IMG/VR virus record: IMGVR_UViG_3300034104_002622
Span: 1-64,000 of that record
Origin: a virus
Length of the DNA: 64,000 bases
Strand: one strand, 5' to 3'
Shown here: positions 1 to 9,115 of the stretch, piece after piece
Position numbering within the stretch: position 1 is the first letter of the stretch
Layout: each line of letters begins with the position of its first letter
The notes under the pieces: model-generated
What the model was told of the DNA's origin: nothing
Database searches by the model: none
The model's input: the letters and a program-made list of their open reading frames with translations, nothing else
Position numbers and translations under genes: made by a program

Positions 1-2
1 CA

Positions 3-482
3 AGACTTCTTGGTAAGCGTCAGGAAATGCTTCAAGATGCTGAAAAATACATTCAGAAGATTGAAGCTGACCGTGTAATGCAAACTGAAAAAGCATTGGA
101 AGAAAACAGGAAGGTTTATCAAACTCATCTCCGAACCCTATGGGATAAATACAAGGAGAAGATTCCGGGTTTGGTCGGAGAGGATGGCAAAGAAACAGAA
201 GCATTCAAAGAGATGCGAAACAAAACAATGTCTTTGGACTTCTCTAGGGCTGGGACTCGTGATATGGCTCTTGCTTCCTTTTCTGGAGTGATGGTAAAGC
301 ATCTTGCTGGAGAGATTAATAATCTCCGTCAAAGACTTCATGAGTATGAAGTTGGTGATGAAAAAGCAATTAAGGCTAGGGCTAATACTGGGAATAGCAT
401 TAATTCAAGTAAGGCATCTGCACCTTCAGGTGATAACAGGAGCTTTGTAGAGAGATTTGGAGATATGGATTTCTCTGGTTAA
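3..482 (+). CDS. C-terminal part of a helical protein upstream of the capsid gene (scaffold-like); truncated by window start
   Basis: Frame is open from base 3; charged coiled-coil-like sequence; lies directly before the major capsid gene. Confidence 0.55.
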   Translation, partial: RLLGKRQEMLQDAEKYIQKIEADRVMQTEKALEENRKVYQTHLRTLWDKYKEKIPGLVGEDGKETEAFKEMRNKTMSLDFSRAGTRDMALASFSGVMVKHLAGEINNLRQRLHEYEVGDEKAIKARANTGNSINSSKASAPSGDNRSFVERFGDMDFSG

Positions 483-714
483 ATAAATTAATTTTTTTCT
501 GGACAAAGCGGGTGAATTCGGCAATTGTTTCTACGAACCTAAGATTTGGCAGGTTCTAAAAGCAGACCAGATTCACCCGCTCGCCGTGTTAGTGCGTTCT
601 AATTGAAAGCATTTTCTGAGTAATCCCATCTGGGACAAACTCTGTTTTCCTCGTAGTGATACGTCACTATATTAACGCTAACTAACAAACTAAAATTCTA
701 ACTGAAATAAAATT

Positions 715-2265
715 ATGCCTGCTCCAACAATCAACGACTTCCTAGTCGAACAAGCTCCGCAAATCGGAACTGATATTAACCAAAAAATGATGAGCCAACC
801 CACTCCGTGGATTACGCTCTATCGTCAAGAAATGTGGGAGGATGAAAAATCTTCCGTGCAAAAAACATTCCAATTCGACCGCGTAATGCTGACGGATGAG
901 AATGGCGCAAATGCTGCAACTACCGATCCTGTAGATTGGGCAGACATGAGCACTGCTGCATCTGACACTAACAACGGTGCGTATTCGCAAGCCGCTGACA
1001 GCACTGGTGGTGTTCCACCCGCTGACTTCGTTGCTTATTCGCAAACCATTCGTGACTTCAATCTGAAGCACAAAGCTATTTGGGGTCCTCCAATGAACAC
1101 AAACAACCTCCGCGACAAGTTCGTTCGTGTCCAACAAATGAATGCTTGCGTAAAGGCTATGGCCGAGCAAGAGCGTGAGTTTTGGATTGAGCGTAAGCGT
1201 TCTGAGTATGAGCGTGTTTCGGACAATCTTGTTGTTCTTGATTCTGGTTTCAACCTTACTGGTGGTGATTATGATAGCTACGGCTTCCCTTCCGCAACTG
1301 GAACTGATTCCTCGATTCTGACCAATGGATTCCTTGATTCCGTTTATGAATACCTGAACTTCCAAGGCGCTGCTGAAGGTGCTCTTGGCATGGCTGAAAA
1401 CCGTCCTGTTTATGGACTGGTTACTTCCGCTCGCCAATCCCGTCGCCTCATCATGGCTGATCCCGATATTCGTGAGGATTTCCGTTATTCTAGCATGAAT
1501 GAAAAGCTTCTTGGGCCTATGGGTCAAAAGTGGACTTACAACGGATTTAGTCACATCAATGATGACCGGATTCGTCGCTGGGAGAAATATCATACCGCAG
1601 CTTCTGGCGCGGATGATACTCGTCACATCGACGACATTACTCGTGACGCTGGCAACAAGACGGCTGTTATTACTGTCAACTCTGGCTTCAGTTCGGGAAC
1701 GACTCTGAATACCATTCTTGGCACTACCTACATGACTCGTCTGTTCCCGGGAAGTCAAATCACTCCGTCTTCGGGGACTTACAGTGGTGTTCCACTTATT
1801 GTTGTGAAGTATCTTACTGCTACTACCTATCGCGTTAAACGCGCTGATGGTGCAGTGTTCTCAGCAGACGATGCAACTGATGACATCTACTTTAAAGCAT
1901 GGCTTCGTATTCCTCAGTTCGTTATGAACATTGCTGGAACCAAGCGGATTCCTAATCCAGATTGGCTTGAAGGCACTTGGGAAGATTCCTTCATCTTCCA
2001 TCAAGACGTTGTTTGCTCGAAAGTTCCTCGTCCAATCACTTCGGTTGGCAAGGCTCAATTCGATGCCGTCAACTATGCTGGTGAGATTAAGTGGACCAAC
2101 TACGATGACAAGTCGGATAACCCTGATGGAACTATCGGACAATTCCGCGCTGTTCTTGCAAGTGGAACTAAGCCGCTTAATCCTGAGTATGGTATTGTTA
2201 TTCGTCACCTTGCTGTTCCAAGTCCAGATGGCCGAGTTAATCCCGGCGACTCTCTTGGTCTGTAA
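715..2265 (+). CDS. Major capsid protein (probable)
   Basis: 516 aa, strongly biased codon use, position at head of the structural operon, followed by a terminator. Family call is from recollection of similar phage capsid proteins. Confidence 0.75.
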   Translation: MPAPTINDFLVEQAPQIGTDINQKMMSQPTPWITLYRQEMWEDEKSSVQKTFQFDRVMLTDENGANAATTDPVDWADMSTAASDTNNGAYSQAADSTGGVPPADFVAYSQTIRDFNLKHKAIWGPPMNTNNLRDKFVRVQQMNACVKAMAEQEREFWIERKRSEYERVSDNLVVLDSGFNLTGGDYDSYGFPSATGTDSSILTNGFLDSVYEYLNFQGAAEGALGMAENRPVYGLVTSARQSRRLIMADPDIREDFRYSSMNEKLLGPMGQKWTYNGFSHINDDRIRRWEKYHTAASGADDTRHIDDITRDAGNKTAVITVNSGFSSGTTLNTILGTTYMTRLFPGSQITPSSGTYSGVPLIVVKYLTATTYRVKRADGAVFSADDATDDIYFKAWLRIPQFVMNIAGTKRIPNPDWLEGTWEDSFIFHQDVVCSKVPRPITSVGKAQFDAVNYAGEIKWTNYDDKSDNPDGTIGQFRAVLASGTKPLNPEYGIVIRHLAVPSPDGRVNPGDSLGL

Positions 2266-2273
2266 GTAACCTT

Positions 2274-2310
2274 AAACCCCGGTTCGAACGCCCATTCGGG
2301 CCGGGGTTTT
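2274..2310 (+). terminator. Intrinsic terminator after capsid gene
   Basis: AAACCCCGGTTCGAA...TTCGGGCCGGGGTTTT hairpin with T-tract. Confidence 0.8.
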
Positions 2311-2337
2311 CTTCTTAATGGGTAACTCGATAAAAAT

Positions 2338-2766
2338 ATGAAAACAATTCTTTCACTCGTTCTTCCAACTAAGGCCACATGGCGTTACATTAACAAAGGT
2401 CGCAAGGCTCTTGGTTTTGTTGACAGTGTTTTGGCAACAAGAGATGCTGAGGGTAATATCCATGGTGTTAATGAACTCACTGCTAGCGATGTTGATTCAT
2501 CTGTAGCTAATGGTGACGTTATCAATAAGCGTTTGAATGTAGTGGTTGGGACAACTCCAACTGTAACTCTTCCGCTTGCTGCTGCGTTTCCTCGTGAAGT
2601 TTTCATTCTTAACACTGCTTCTGGAAACTGCACTGTTGATGGTTCTGGTTCTGAAGTGATTCTGACTGGCACTGCTGACGCAGCAAACGTTGTTATTGCT
2701 ACAGCAAAAGCTGCAAGGCTGCTGTCTGACGGAACTCGTTGGTATCATGTGTCTAATGATGCCTAA
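2338..2766 (+). CDS. Virion structural protein (head decoration-like)
   Basis: 142 aa, beta-rich C-terminus (TVTLP...LLSDGTRWY), directly after the capsid gene. Confidence 0.55.
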   Translation: MKTILSLVLPTKATWRYINKGRKALGFVDSVLATRDAEGNIHGVNELTASDVDSSVANGDVINKRLNVVVGTTPTVTLPLAAAFPREVFILNTASGNCTVDGSGSEVILTGTADAANVVIATAKAARLLSDGTRWYHVSNDA

Positions 2767-2774
2767 ATAATTAT

Positions 2775-2811
2775 GCTCGCCTCATACTTTTTATGGGGCG
2801 AGCTACTTTTT
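2775..2811 (+). terminator. Intrinsic terminator
   Basis: GCTCGCCTCAT...ATGGGGCGAGC followed by TACTTTTT. Confidence 0.75.
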
Positions 2812-2863
2812 CTCTAATTGCTCCTTATTTAGTCGGGGCTAAAACAACTAAAGAAATCAACCA

Positions 2864-3154
2864 ATGCCTGACTTATACAGAAATAATCCAATTACTGCCA
2901 ATGGCTCTTATGATCTAGCAGTTAATATGGGGGATGTTTATCTCTTCACATTAAAAGGGACTTTTGGTGGCGCGACAGTAGTGATGACCATTCAAAGCAA
3001 TGTTGACAAGAGTTCTTTTGATAGTGTCGCTGATGGATCTTGGACTGCTCAAACAGAGCAGACATTAATTCCATCTGGAACTTTAGTTCGCCTTACTGTT
3101 ACCAATGCCTCTGGCAGCACTTCTATTCGCACAAACTTTGTCCCAATCTCCTAA
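2864..3154 (+). CDS. Small virion structural protein
   Basis: 96-aa beta-rich ORF in the structural operon. Confidence 0.6.
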   Translation: MPDLYRNNPITANGSYDLAVNMGDVYLFTLKGTFGGATVVMTIQSNVDKSSFDSVADGSWTAQTEQTLIPSGTLVRLTVTNASGSTSIRTNFVPIS

Positions 3155-4044
3155 TGTTATTCGGTAAAGGAATACTCAATCCTGCGCAACTCCGCGCTAA
3201 CTCCTTAGTTGGCACAGGGATTATTGGGGGGCTGCATCCCGGAAAGATTCCGGGTCTTTATCCTATTGAATCTGATCCCGATGCGAAGGCATACATCAAT
3301 GCAGTTGTCGCTGCTGGTGGGACGGTTAGCGAAGGGCAGAGGACAGCAATCAATACCTTCTACAAGACAGGGAAAGCCGATGGCTGGTATTCCTCGCTGA
3401 AACGTCTCTACCTTCCAATCTGGGGAGTCGCCGCGCCAAATGCTATCTGCATGACAAGCCTGACTAGCGGCACGTTTGTCGGCAGCGTGACGCACGGGGC
3501 GGGCTTTGTCCTGAGCGACATCACAACCGGCTACATGGACACCAATGTCGGGCTTACGACTTTGGGGCTATCTCTAAGCAGCTACCACTTCGCAGGGCTT
3601 TACAAGGCATCGTCGAGCAAAGCCAACTCCTATTTGTTTGGTGCTTCGTTAGGAAGCAACGTCAACCGGATATTCGTTAGTGGCACAACTGTGACCGCAG
3701 ATTTACATAGTGTGATAACTGGCAGGGCAAGTGGCACCGTGGCTAGTGGAGACAGACTTGGCATCTTTACTTTTAGCGGTGCGGCATCAGCGCGTTTTCT
3801 TAAAAGACGCAAAACCAGCGGAGTCACTACGCTCGGATCGACGACAACGACAATTACAGCGCAGCCAAACAACCTCAACGTCGCGTTCCTAGCCAACAAT
3901 AGTTCAGGAACTGTATCTAGCTTCTGCGGAGAAGAGATCGGCGCGTTCAGCGTCGGGCTTGAACTAACCAACGCGCAGGACACCGCATATTCCCTCGCCC
4001 TCAAAAACCTCTGGGAAGGAACCACTAACTTGGTTCTTCCTTAA
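3154..4044 (+). CDS. Virion/fibre-associated protein (lectin-like beta domain likely)
   Basis: ATG at 3154 overlaps the upstream TAA; DPDAKAYINAV motif, G/S/T-rich. Confidence 0.55.
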   Translation: MLFGKGILNPAQLRANSLVGTGIIGGLHPGKIPGLYPIESDPDAKAYINAVVAAGGTVSEGQRTAINTFYKTGKADGWYSSLKRLYLPIWGVAAPNAICMTSLTSGTFVGSVTHGAGFVLSDITTGYMDTNVGLTTLGLSLSSYHFAGLYKASSSKANSYLFGASLGSNVNRIFVSGTTVTADLHSVITGRASGTVASGDRLGIFTFSGAASARFLKRRKTSGVTTLGSTTTTITAQPNNLNVAFLANNSSGTVSSFCGEEIGAFSVGLELTNAQDTAYSLALKNLWEGTTNLVLP

Positions 4045-4056
4045 ATTCACTTTACC

Positions 4057-4362
4057 ATGATCGGATTCGTCGTCACTCCAGAGCAAGCCGAAGCAGCCAA
4101 CGCTGCCATTGCAGAAGCGCAGACAAGTCGTGGTATGCCCGTGTTTTGGCTGGCGGGCAGCAACCCTATCTACACCGGAGAACACGCGGGAGAATCCTTT
4201 ATTCCATGCGACGACGAAACGCTCTCCACCCCCCTTATCGGACACCCGCCACAGACTCCGCAGGATTTCCCTGAGTTCGCCGTAATCATTGATTCAATGG
4301 GTGGGCTAGACGCTCGCATTGATATTCCAGCCTCCGACATTGCCCCACCCGAACAACCATAA
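4057..4362 (+). CDS. Hypothetical protein (possible fibre assembly partner)
   Basis: 101-aa ORF tightly packed in the operon. Confidence 0.6.
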   Translation: MIGFVVTPEQAEAANAAIAEAQTSRGMPVFWLAGSNPIYTGEHAGESFIPCDDETLSTPLIGHPPQTPQDFPEFAVIIDSMGGLDARIDIPASDIAPPEQP

Positions 4363-4365
4363 CCA

Positions 4366-4728
4366 ATGCTCGCCGCCAACTACAACATCACGATTGATCG
4401 GGCAGCCGAATACACGTTCGTGCTGACGATCCAGAATCAGGCTGGAACCGCCGTGAACATTAGTGGTTTTACTTTTTATGCCGACATTCGTGATTTAGTT
4501 AATGATACAGAAGCTGTTTCTTTTGCTTATGTTATTCTTGATAGTGGAGTAAATGGTCAAGTATCATTTAGTCTTACGGAGGCAAATACGCTATTACTTC
4601 GTCCTGCGGGTAGATACAGTTATGACATATTTATGATTCGAAGTGGCTCGACAGAGCGTTTGCTTTATGGTTCAGTGACTGCGCGGGCCAACATAACTAA
4701 AGGGGTTCCAATAGATCCAATCAGCTAA
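4366..4728 (+). CDS. Fibre adaptor-like protein (BppU N-terminal-like)
   Basis: YNITID...GRYSYDIFM...RLLYGSV pattern typical of these adaptors; precedes the fibre gene. Confidence 0.55.
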   Translation: MLAANYNITIDRAAEYTFVLTIQNQAGTAVNISGFTFYADIRDLVNDTEAVSFAYVILDSGVNGQVSFSLTEANTLLLRPAGRYSYDIFMIRSGSTERLLYGSVTARANITKGVPIDPIS

Positions 4729-4732
4729 TAAA

Positions 4733-6805
4733 ATGCCATCAGACACCTATACCTTAACCATTTCCGACGTTGGCGTTAGTACGCCATCCGCAGGTTCAGT
4801 TACGAATACATCCGTCGCTGCTGGCGCAGCAATCGCGTTTAGCAAGCTGGCGACCCTGACCAGCGGGAACATTCTTGTTGGCAGCAGCGCAAACGTCCCT
4901 ACGTCCGTTGCGGTTACAGGAAATGTTACGTTGTCTAATACGGGAGTAACGACCATTGCCAACGATGCCGTCACCTTCGCCAAGATGCAGAACGTGGCAG
5001 GTTTGTCTATCCTAGGCAAACCAACTTCAGGGTCGGGGGACGTTGAGGAAATCGGGTCTTCCTCTTTCATGCTGGACGCCTCTACTGGATTTTTGAGGCA
5101 AGCTGATGCGACGTCTGCACGATCCACCTTGGGCATAGTCGATGCCGCCACGGGCAACGCTCTTCTATCCAGCGGCGTAGGCGTAGCCCCAGCCTACGGA
5201 AAGGTAGGACTTACCACTCACGTCTCCGGGACTCTGCCCGTTGCGAATGGTGGAACTGGCGTAACTACTTCGACAGGAAGTGGAGCTAACGCACTGGCTA
5301 CTTCTCCGACTTTAGTCACACCGATCCTAGGAACGCCCACCTCTGGCACACTCACAAATTGCACTGGTCTTCCTTTAACTACTGGCGTCACTGGAACTCT
5401 GCTTGTTGCGAATGGCGGCACTGGTGTAACTACTTCGACTGGGAGTGGAGCTAACGCACTGGCTACTTCTCCGACCTTAGTTACACCAATCTTGGGTACG
5501 CCTACTTCCGGCACACTCACAAATTGCACTGGTTTACCAATATCCACTGGAGTTTCTGGACTCGGCACCGGAGTAGCAACTTTCCTCGCAACTCCTTCTA
5601 GCGCAAATCTTGCTGCGGCAGTTACAGGTGAGACGGGATCAGGTGCGCTTGTCTTCGCTACCTCTCCGACCTTAGTTACGCCAATCTTGGGTACGCCCAC
5701 CTCTGGCACGCTTACAAGTTGCACTGGTTTGCCTTTAACTACTGGTGTTACTGGAACTCTGCCCGTTGCAAATGGCGGAACTGGCGTTACCACCTCGACT
5801 GGGAGTGGGGCTAACGCACTGGCTACTTCTCCGACTTTCGTCACTCCCGTCTTGGGCACGCCCACTTCTGGCACGCTCACGAGTTGCACTGGTTTGCCCC
5901 TAACCACTGGCGTTACTGGCACTTTACCTGTTGCGAATGGTGGAACTGGCGTTACCACCTCGACAGGAAGTGGAGCCAACGCACTAGCCACTTCTCCGAC
6001 TTTGGTTACGCCGATCTTGGGCACGCCTACTTCCGGCACACTCACAAATTGCACTGGTCTGCCTTTAACCACTGGCGTTACTGGACTCGGCATCGGAGTG
6101 CCAACTTTCCTTGCAACTCCTTCAAGTGCGAATCTTGCTGCGGCAGTTACAGGAGGGACAGGATCAGGTGCGCTTGTCTTCGCTACCTCTCCGACCTTAG
6201 TTACCCCCGACCTAGGCACACCTACTTCTGGCACGCTTACAGACTGCACTGGTTTACCAATATCCACTGGAGTTTCTGGACTCGGCACTGGAGTAGCAAC
6301 TTTCCTTGCGACCCCGTCTAGCGCGAATCTTGCTGCGGCAGTTACAGGTGAGACAGGATCAGGTGCGCTTGTCTTCGCTACTTCTCCGACTTTGGTTACT
6401 CCTGTAATTGGAGCCGCCACAGGCACGAGTTTAGCGGCTACGGGCGCAATTACTTCTTCCGGCACAGCAGGTATAGGCTATGCAACAGGAGCGGGGGGGA
6501 CAGTAACGCAACTTACAGACAAGGCTACTGAGGTCACACTCAATAAGACTTGTGGTCGGATTATAATGCACGACGATTCATTAGCGCATGGTACTACTGT
6601 TTCATTTACACTAGCCAATAGCACAATAGCCGCTGGTAATGTCCTAATTCTTAATCATGTCAGTGGCGGCACCGCTGGTAAATACCTACTGAATGCTCAG
6701 TGCAGTAATGGATCAGCAAGTATTGACGTAACCAACATAACTTCGGGTGCTGAATCAGAAGCCATTGTCATTGCCTTCGTAGTCATCAAAGCCGTAACAG
6801 CATAA
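4733..6805 (+). CDS. Tail fibre-like protein with internal repeats
   Basis: 690 aa, G/T/A-rich; about 8 copies of ATSPTLVTP(ILGTPTSGTLTNCTGLP). Confidence 0.8.
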   Translation: MPSDTYTLTISDVGVSTPSAGSVTNTSVAAGAAIAFSKLATLTSGNILVGSSANVPTSVAVTGNVTLSNTGVTTIANDAVTFAKMQNVAGLSILGKPTSGSGDVEEIGSSSFMLDASTGFLRQADATSARSTLGIVDAATGNALLSSGVGVAPAYGKVGLTTHVSGTLPVANGGTGVTTSTGSGANALATSPTLVTPILGTPTSGTLTNCTGLPLTTGVTGTLLVANGGTGVTTSTGSGANALATSPTLVTPILGTPTSGTLTNCTGLPISTGVSGLGTGVATFLATPSSANLAAAVTGETGSGALVFATSPTLVTPILGTPTSGTLTSCTGLPLTTGVTGTLPVANGGTGVTTSTGSGANALATSPTFVTPVLGTPTSGTLTSCTGLPLTTGVTGTLPVANGGTGVTTSTGSGANALATSPTLVTPILGTPTSGTLTNCTGLPLTTGVTGLGIGVPTFLATPSSANLAAAVTGGTGSGALVFATSPTLVTPDLGTPTSGTLTDCTGLPISTGVSGLGTGVATFLATPSSANLAAAVTGETGSGALVFATSPTLVTPVIGAATGTSLAATGAITSSGTAGIGYATGAGGTVTQLTDKATEVTLNKTCGRIIMHDDSLAHGTTVSFTLANSTIAAGNVLILNHVSGGTAGKYLLNAQCSNGSASIDVTNITSGAESEAIVIAFVVIKAVTA
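5225..6405 (+). repeat. Imperfect tandem coding repeats in fibre gene, with two alternating linker types
   Basis: Repeated TLPVANGGTGVTTSTGSGANAL and LGTGVATFLATPSSANLAAAVTGETGSGALVF linkers between conserved cores. Confidence 0.9.
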
Positions 6806-6809
6806 TGCC

Positions 6810-7211
6810 ATGACCAAGTTTCCCGACACCGCTATTTTCAAAGACGCAGGGATGCGGGGCGACTCACGCATCTTTCAACTCACTGCGCCGTTCCGATACT
6901 ACTCCCGTATCGGGTGGATTGAGATACCTGCTGGCTTCAAGACGGACGGAGCGTCAGTCCCACGCGTGTTCTGGAACATCCTTTCACCGTTCGGCACGTA
7001 CTTCCCCGCCGCACTCATTCACGACTATCTCTACTCCAAAGCTAGTTCGTTCCACATTACCCGTGAACAGGCGGATCAAATCTTCCTCGACGCGATGGAC
7101 GACCTTGGTGTCGGCTGGCTGATCCGCCGTACGATCCACCGTGCCGTTCGCCTTGGCGGATGGAAAGGCTACAAGAAAAGCAAACTACAAGACGACTTCC
7201 AACCAGAATGA
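6810..7211 (+). CDS. DUF1353-family protein
   Basis: IPAGFKTDGASVP...AALIHDYLY...ADQIF...AVRLGG signature. Confidence 0.85.
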   Translation: MTKFPDTAIFKDAGMRGDSRIFQLTAPFRYYSRIGWIEIPAGFKTDGASVPRVFWNILSPFGTYFPAALIHDYLYSKASSFHITREQADQIFLDAMDDLGVGWLIRRTIHRAVRLGGWKGYKKSKLQDDFQPE

Positions 7212-7474
7212 GCGACAACGAAACATCAGAGCTTTCCCGCGAGTGGCGGCAATCCGTCCGTGATGAAATGCGGAAGAATGGCGAAAAGCTGGATATGGTT
7301 CTTGTGGAGATTGGAAAAATCCGCAACGAGTTCGCCCCTGTTGATAGGCATGAGGATTTAGCAAGCCGCGTCCGTAGCCTAGAGGAAAATCAAGCTCGCT
7401 TTCTTGGTGGAATTCTGATACTTAACTTCATTGGCGGAATTGCTCTGGCAATTATAATGAAAATCTGGAAATGA
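7208..7474 (+). CDS. Holin-like membrane protein
   Basis: Coiled coil plus one C-terminal TM helix; ATGA overlaps on both sides; directly before the endolysin. Confidence 0.55.
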   Translation: MSDNETSELSREWRQSVRDEMRKNGEKLDMVLVEIGKIRNEFAPVDRHEDLASRVRSLEENQARFLGGILILNFIGGIALAIIMKIWK

Positions 7475-7968
7475 AAAACCTCATAACAGAAATTATCCGT
7501 ATCGCCAAGGCGGAAGTCGGCGTTCGTGAAGTCGGCAATACAAACTGCGGCGTTCGCGTGAACGAATACAAGGCTGCGACATGGCTGAACCCAAAGAGAG
7601 GCTGGCCGTGGTGCGCTGCTTTCGTCTGCTGGGTAATCCGCGAGGCGTTGGCATCATCCAACACGAAGCAGACAAAAACATTCAAGCGTCCGAGAACCGC
7701 TGGCGCATGGGACTTTGAGAACTGGTCTATCGAACAAGACTCAACGACTTGGCTGCGGCGTTCTCCAGGCAAAGACATCATGGCAGGGGACATCGTGATA
7801 TTCACCTTCTCCCATATTGGCATCGCAGTTTCCTCGCCCGACAAGAAGGGCAATGTTACTACGGTCGAGGGGAACACGGACGAGGCTGGGTCAAGAGAGG
7901 GTGGTGGGGTTTACCTTAAGACCCGACACCTCTCGAAGATCCGCAGTCGCATTCGATTCAACGTCTGA
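7471..7968 (+). CDS. CHAP-domain endolysin
   Basis: PWCAAFV (catalytic Cys), GDIVIF, SHIGI (His), TVEGNT. Confidence 0.9.
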   Translation: MKNLITEIIRIAKAEVGVREVGNTNCGVRVNEYKAATWLNPKRGWPWCAAFVCWVIREALASSNTKQTKTFKRPRTAGAWDFENWSIEQDSTTWLRRSPGKDIMAGDIVIFTFSHIGIAVSSPDKKGNVTTVEGNTDEAGSREGGGVYLKTRHLSKIRSRIRFNV

Positions 7969-8025
7969 GCAAACAATTGCGCAAAAAGCAACTACTCTGT
8001 CTGATTTGAGCAACATTACACGCAA

Positions 8026-8826
8026 ATGAAACCACTGAAAAGCAAGTCTAGAATTATTGTCCTTTTATCTGACCTGCATATTGGTTCAGTTGTAGGGTTG
8101 TGGCCGTCAGATTTTATATCTAATGAAGGATTTTTGATTGGGCAGAATGCCTTTCAAGAATGGTTATGGGCTTGTTGGCAAGATTGCCATGAGTGGATTT
8201 CAAAGACTGTTGGGGATGAACCCTATGATCTGGTAATCAATGGAGACTTGGTTGAAGGTATCCACCACCGGACAACTCAAGTAATGAGTGCTGATGTTGG
8301 GGATCAATCCTCTGCCGTTATTCAGATTCTTGAACCCGTTACAAATAAAGCTGCTGGTATCCATATCATCAAGGGAACTGAGTGTCACACGCGCAATGAT
8401 GAGATTCGACTTGGCAGAGTTTTGGGCGCATCGAAAAATCCTGAGAACGGGCAAAATGCTTGGGACAACCTTGACATTGAAATCAACGGGACGCTTATCA
8501 ACTTCGCGCACCATATCTCAGCCACCTCCCGCTCGTATCTTGAGGCAGGAGCGCACAGCATTGCCTTGGGAGTAATCACCCACACCCGCGCTAGGGTTGG
8601 CAAGCGTGTCCCATCGGTGATTTGTCGGGCGCATCGCCATCGGCATGGAATCTGGACGGACGGCAACCAAGCCTCGCTTATCACGGGCGCATGGCAGGGC
8701 TTGACCCGCCACGGCTACAAAGTAGTCCCAGACGCTATTGTAGAGCCCTCCTGCATTATTCTAGACGCAAGAACGACCGACAAAGGCGACCTTCCACTAT
8801 TTCACCAACGTAAATACATACCATAA
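8026..8826 (+). CDS. Calcineurin-like metallophosphoesterase
   Basis: SDLHIG, NGDLVEG, GTECH, AHH, AHRH motifs. Confidence 0.85.
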   Translation: MKPLKSKSRIIVLLSDLHIGSVVGLWPSDFISNEGFLIGQNAFQEWLWACWQDCHEWISKTVGDEPYDLVINGDLVEGIHHRTTQVMSADVGDQSSAVIQILEPVTNKAAGIHIIKGTECHTRNDEIRLGRVLGASKNPENGQNAWDNLDIEINGTLINFAHHISATSRSYLEAGAHSIALGVITHTRARVGKRVPSVICRAHRHRHGIWTDGNQASLITGAWQGLTRHGYKVVPDAIVEPSCIILDARTTDKGDLPLFHQRKYIP

Positions 8827-9056
8827 TGGCAAAAAGCATCCCGAAAGTTAGCGGCATGGACTGGATTGTTGAGCAGCTCAGCCAGCAAGAAATGGAGCCT
8901 GACGAGTTCACGGCGGAAATGGTCATGGAGAAAACCAAGACGACTAACTCGTCAGTTCGTTGCCGCCTAGCAAGGATGTGCAAAAGCGGCGAATTGACAA
9001 AGCGAAAAGTCACATTGAACGGAACGCTAGCGAATGTTTACAAAAAAGCAAAATAG
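8826..9056 (+). CDS. Small winged-helix-like protein
   Basis: 76 aa; FTAE...SVRCRLARMCKSGEL pattern. Confidence 0.55.
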   Translation: MAKSIPKVSGMDWIVEQLSQQEMEPDEFTAEMVMEKTKTTNSSVRCRLARMCKSGELTKRKVTLNGTLANVYKKAK

Positions 9057-9115
9057 CTTAATTTCAATTAGATTTAATTTAATTATAATTTAACAATTCA
9101 AACAAATTCAATTCA

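Noticed and set aside
2274-2310. tRNA-like GGTTCGAA
   Set aside because: Part of the terminator stem; no cloverleaf
4747-6465. Long antisense ORFs over the fibre gene (also 742-1758 and 18393-19298)
   Set aside because: Shadow frames caused by codon bias and repeats of the real + strand genes
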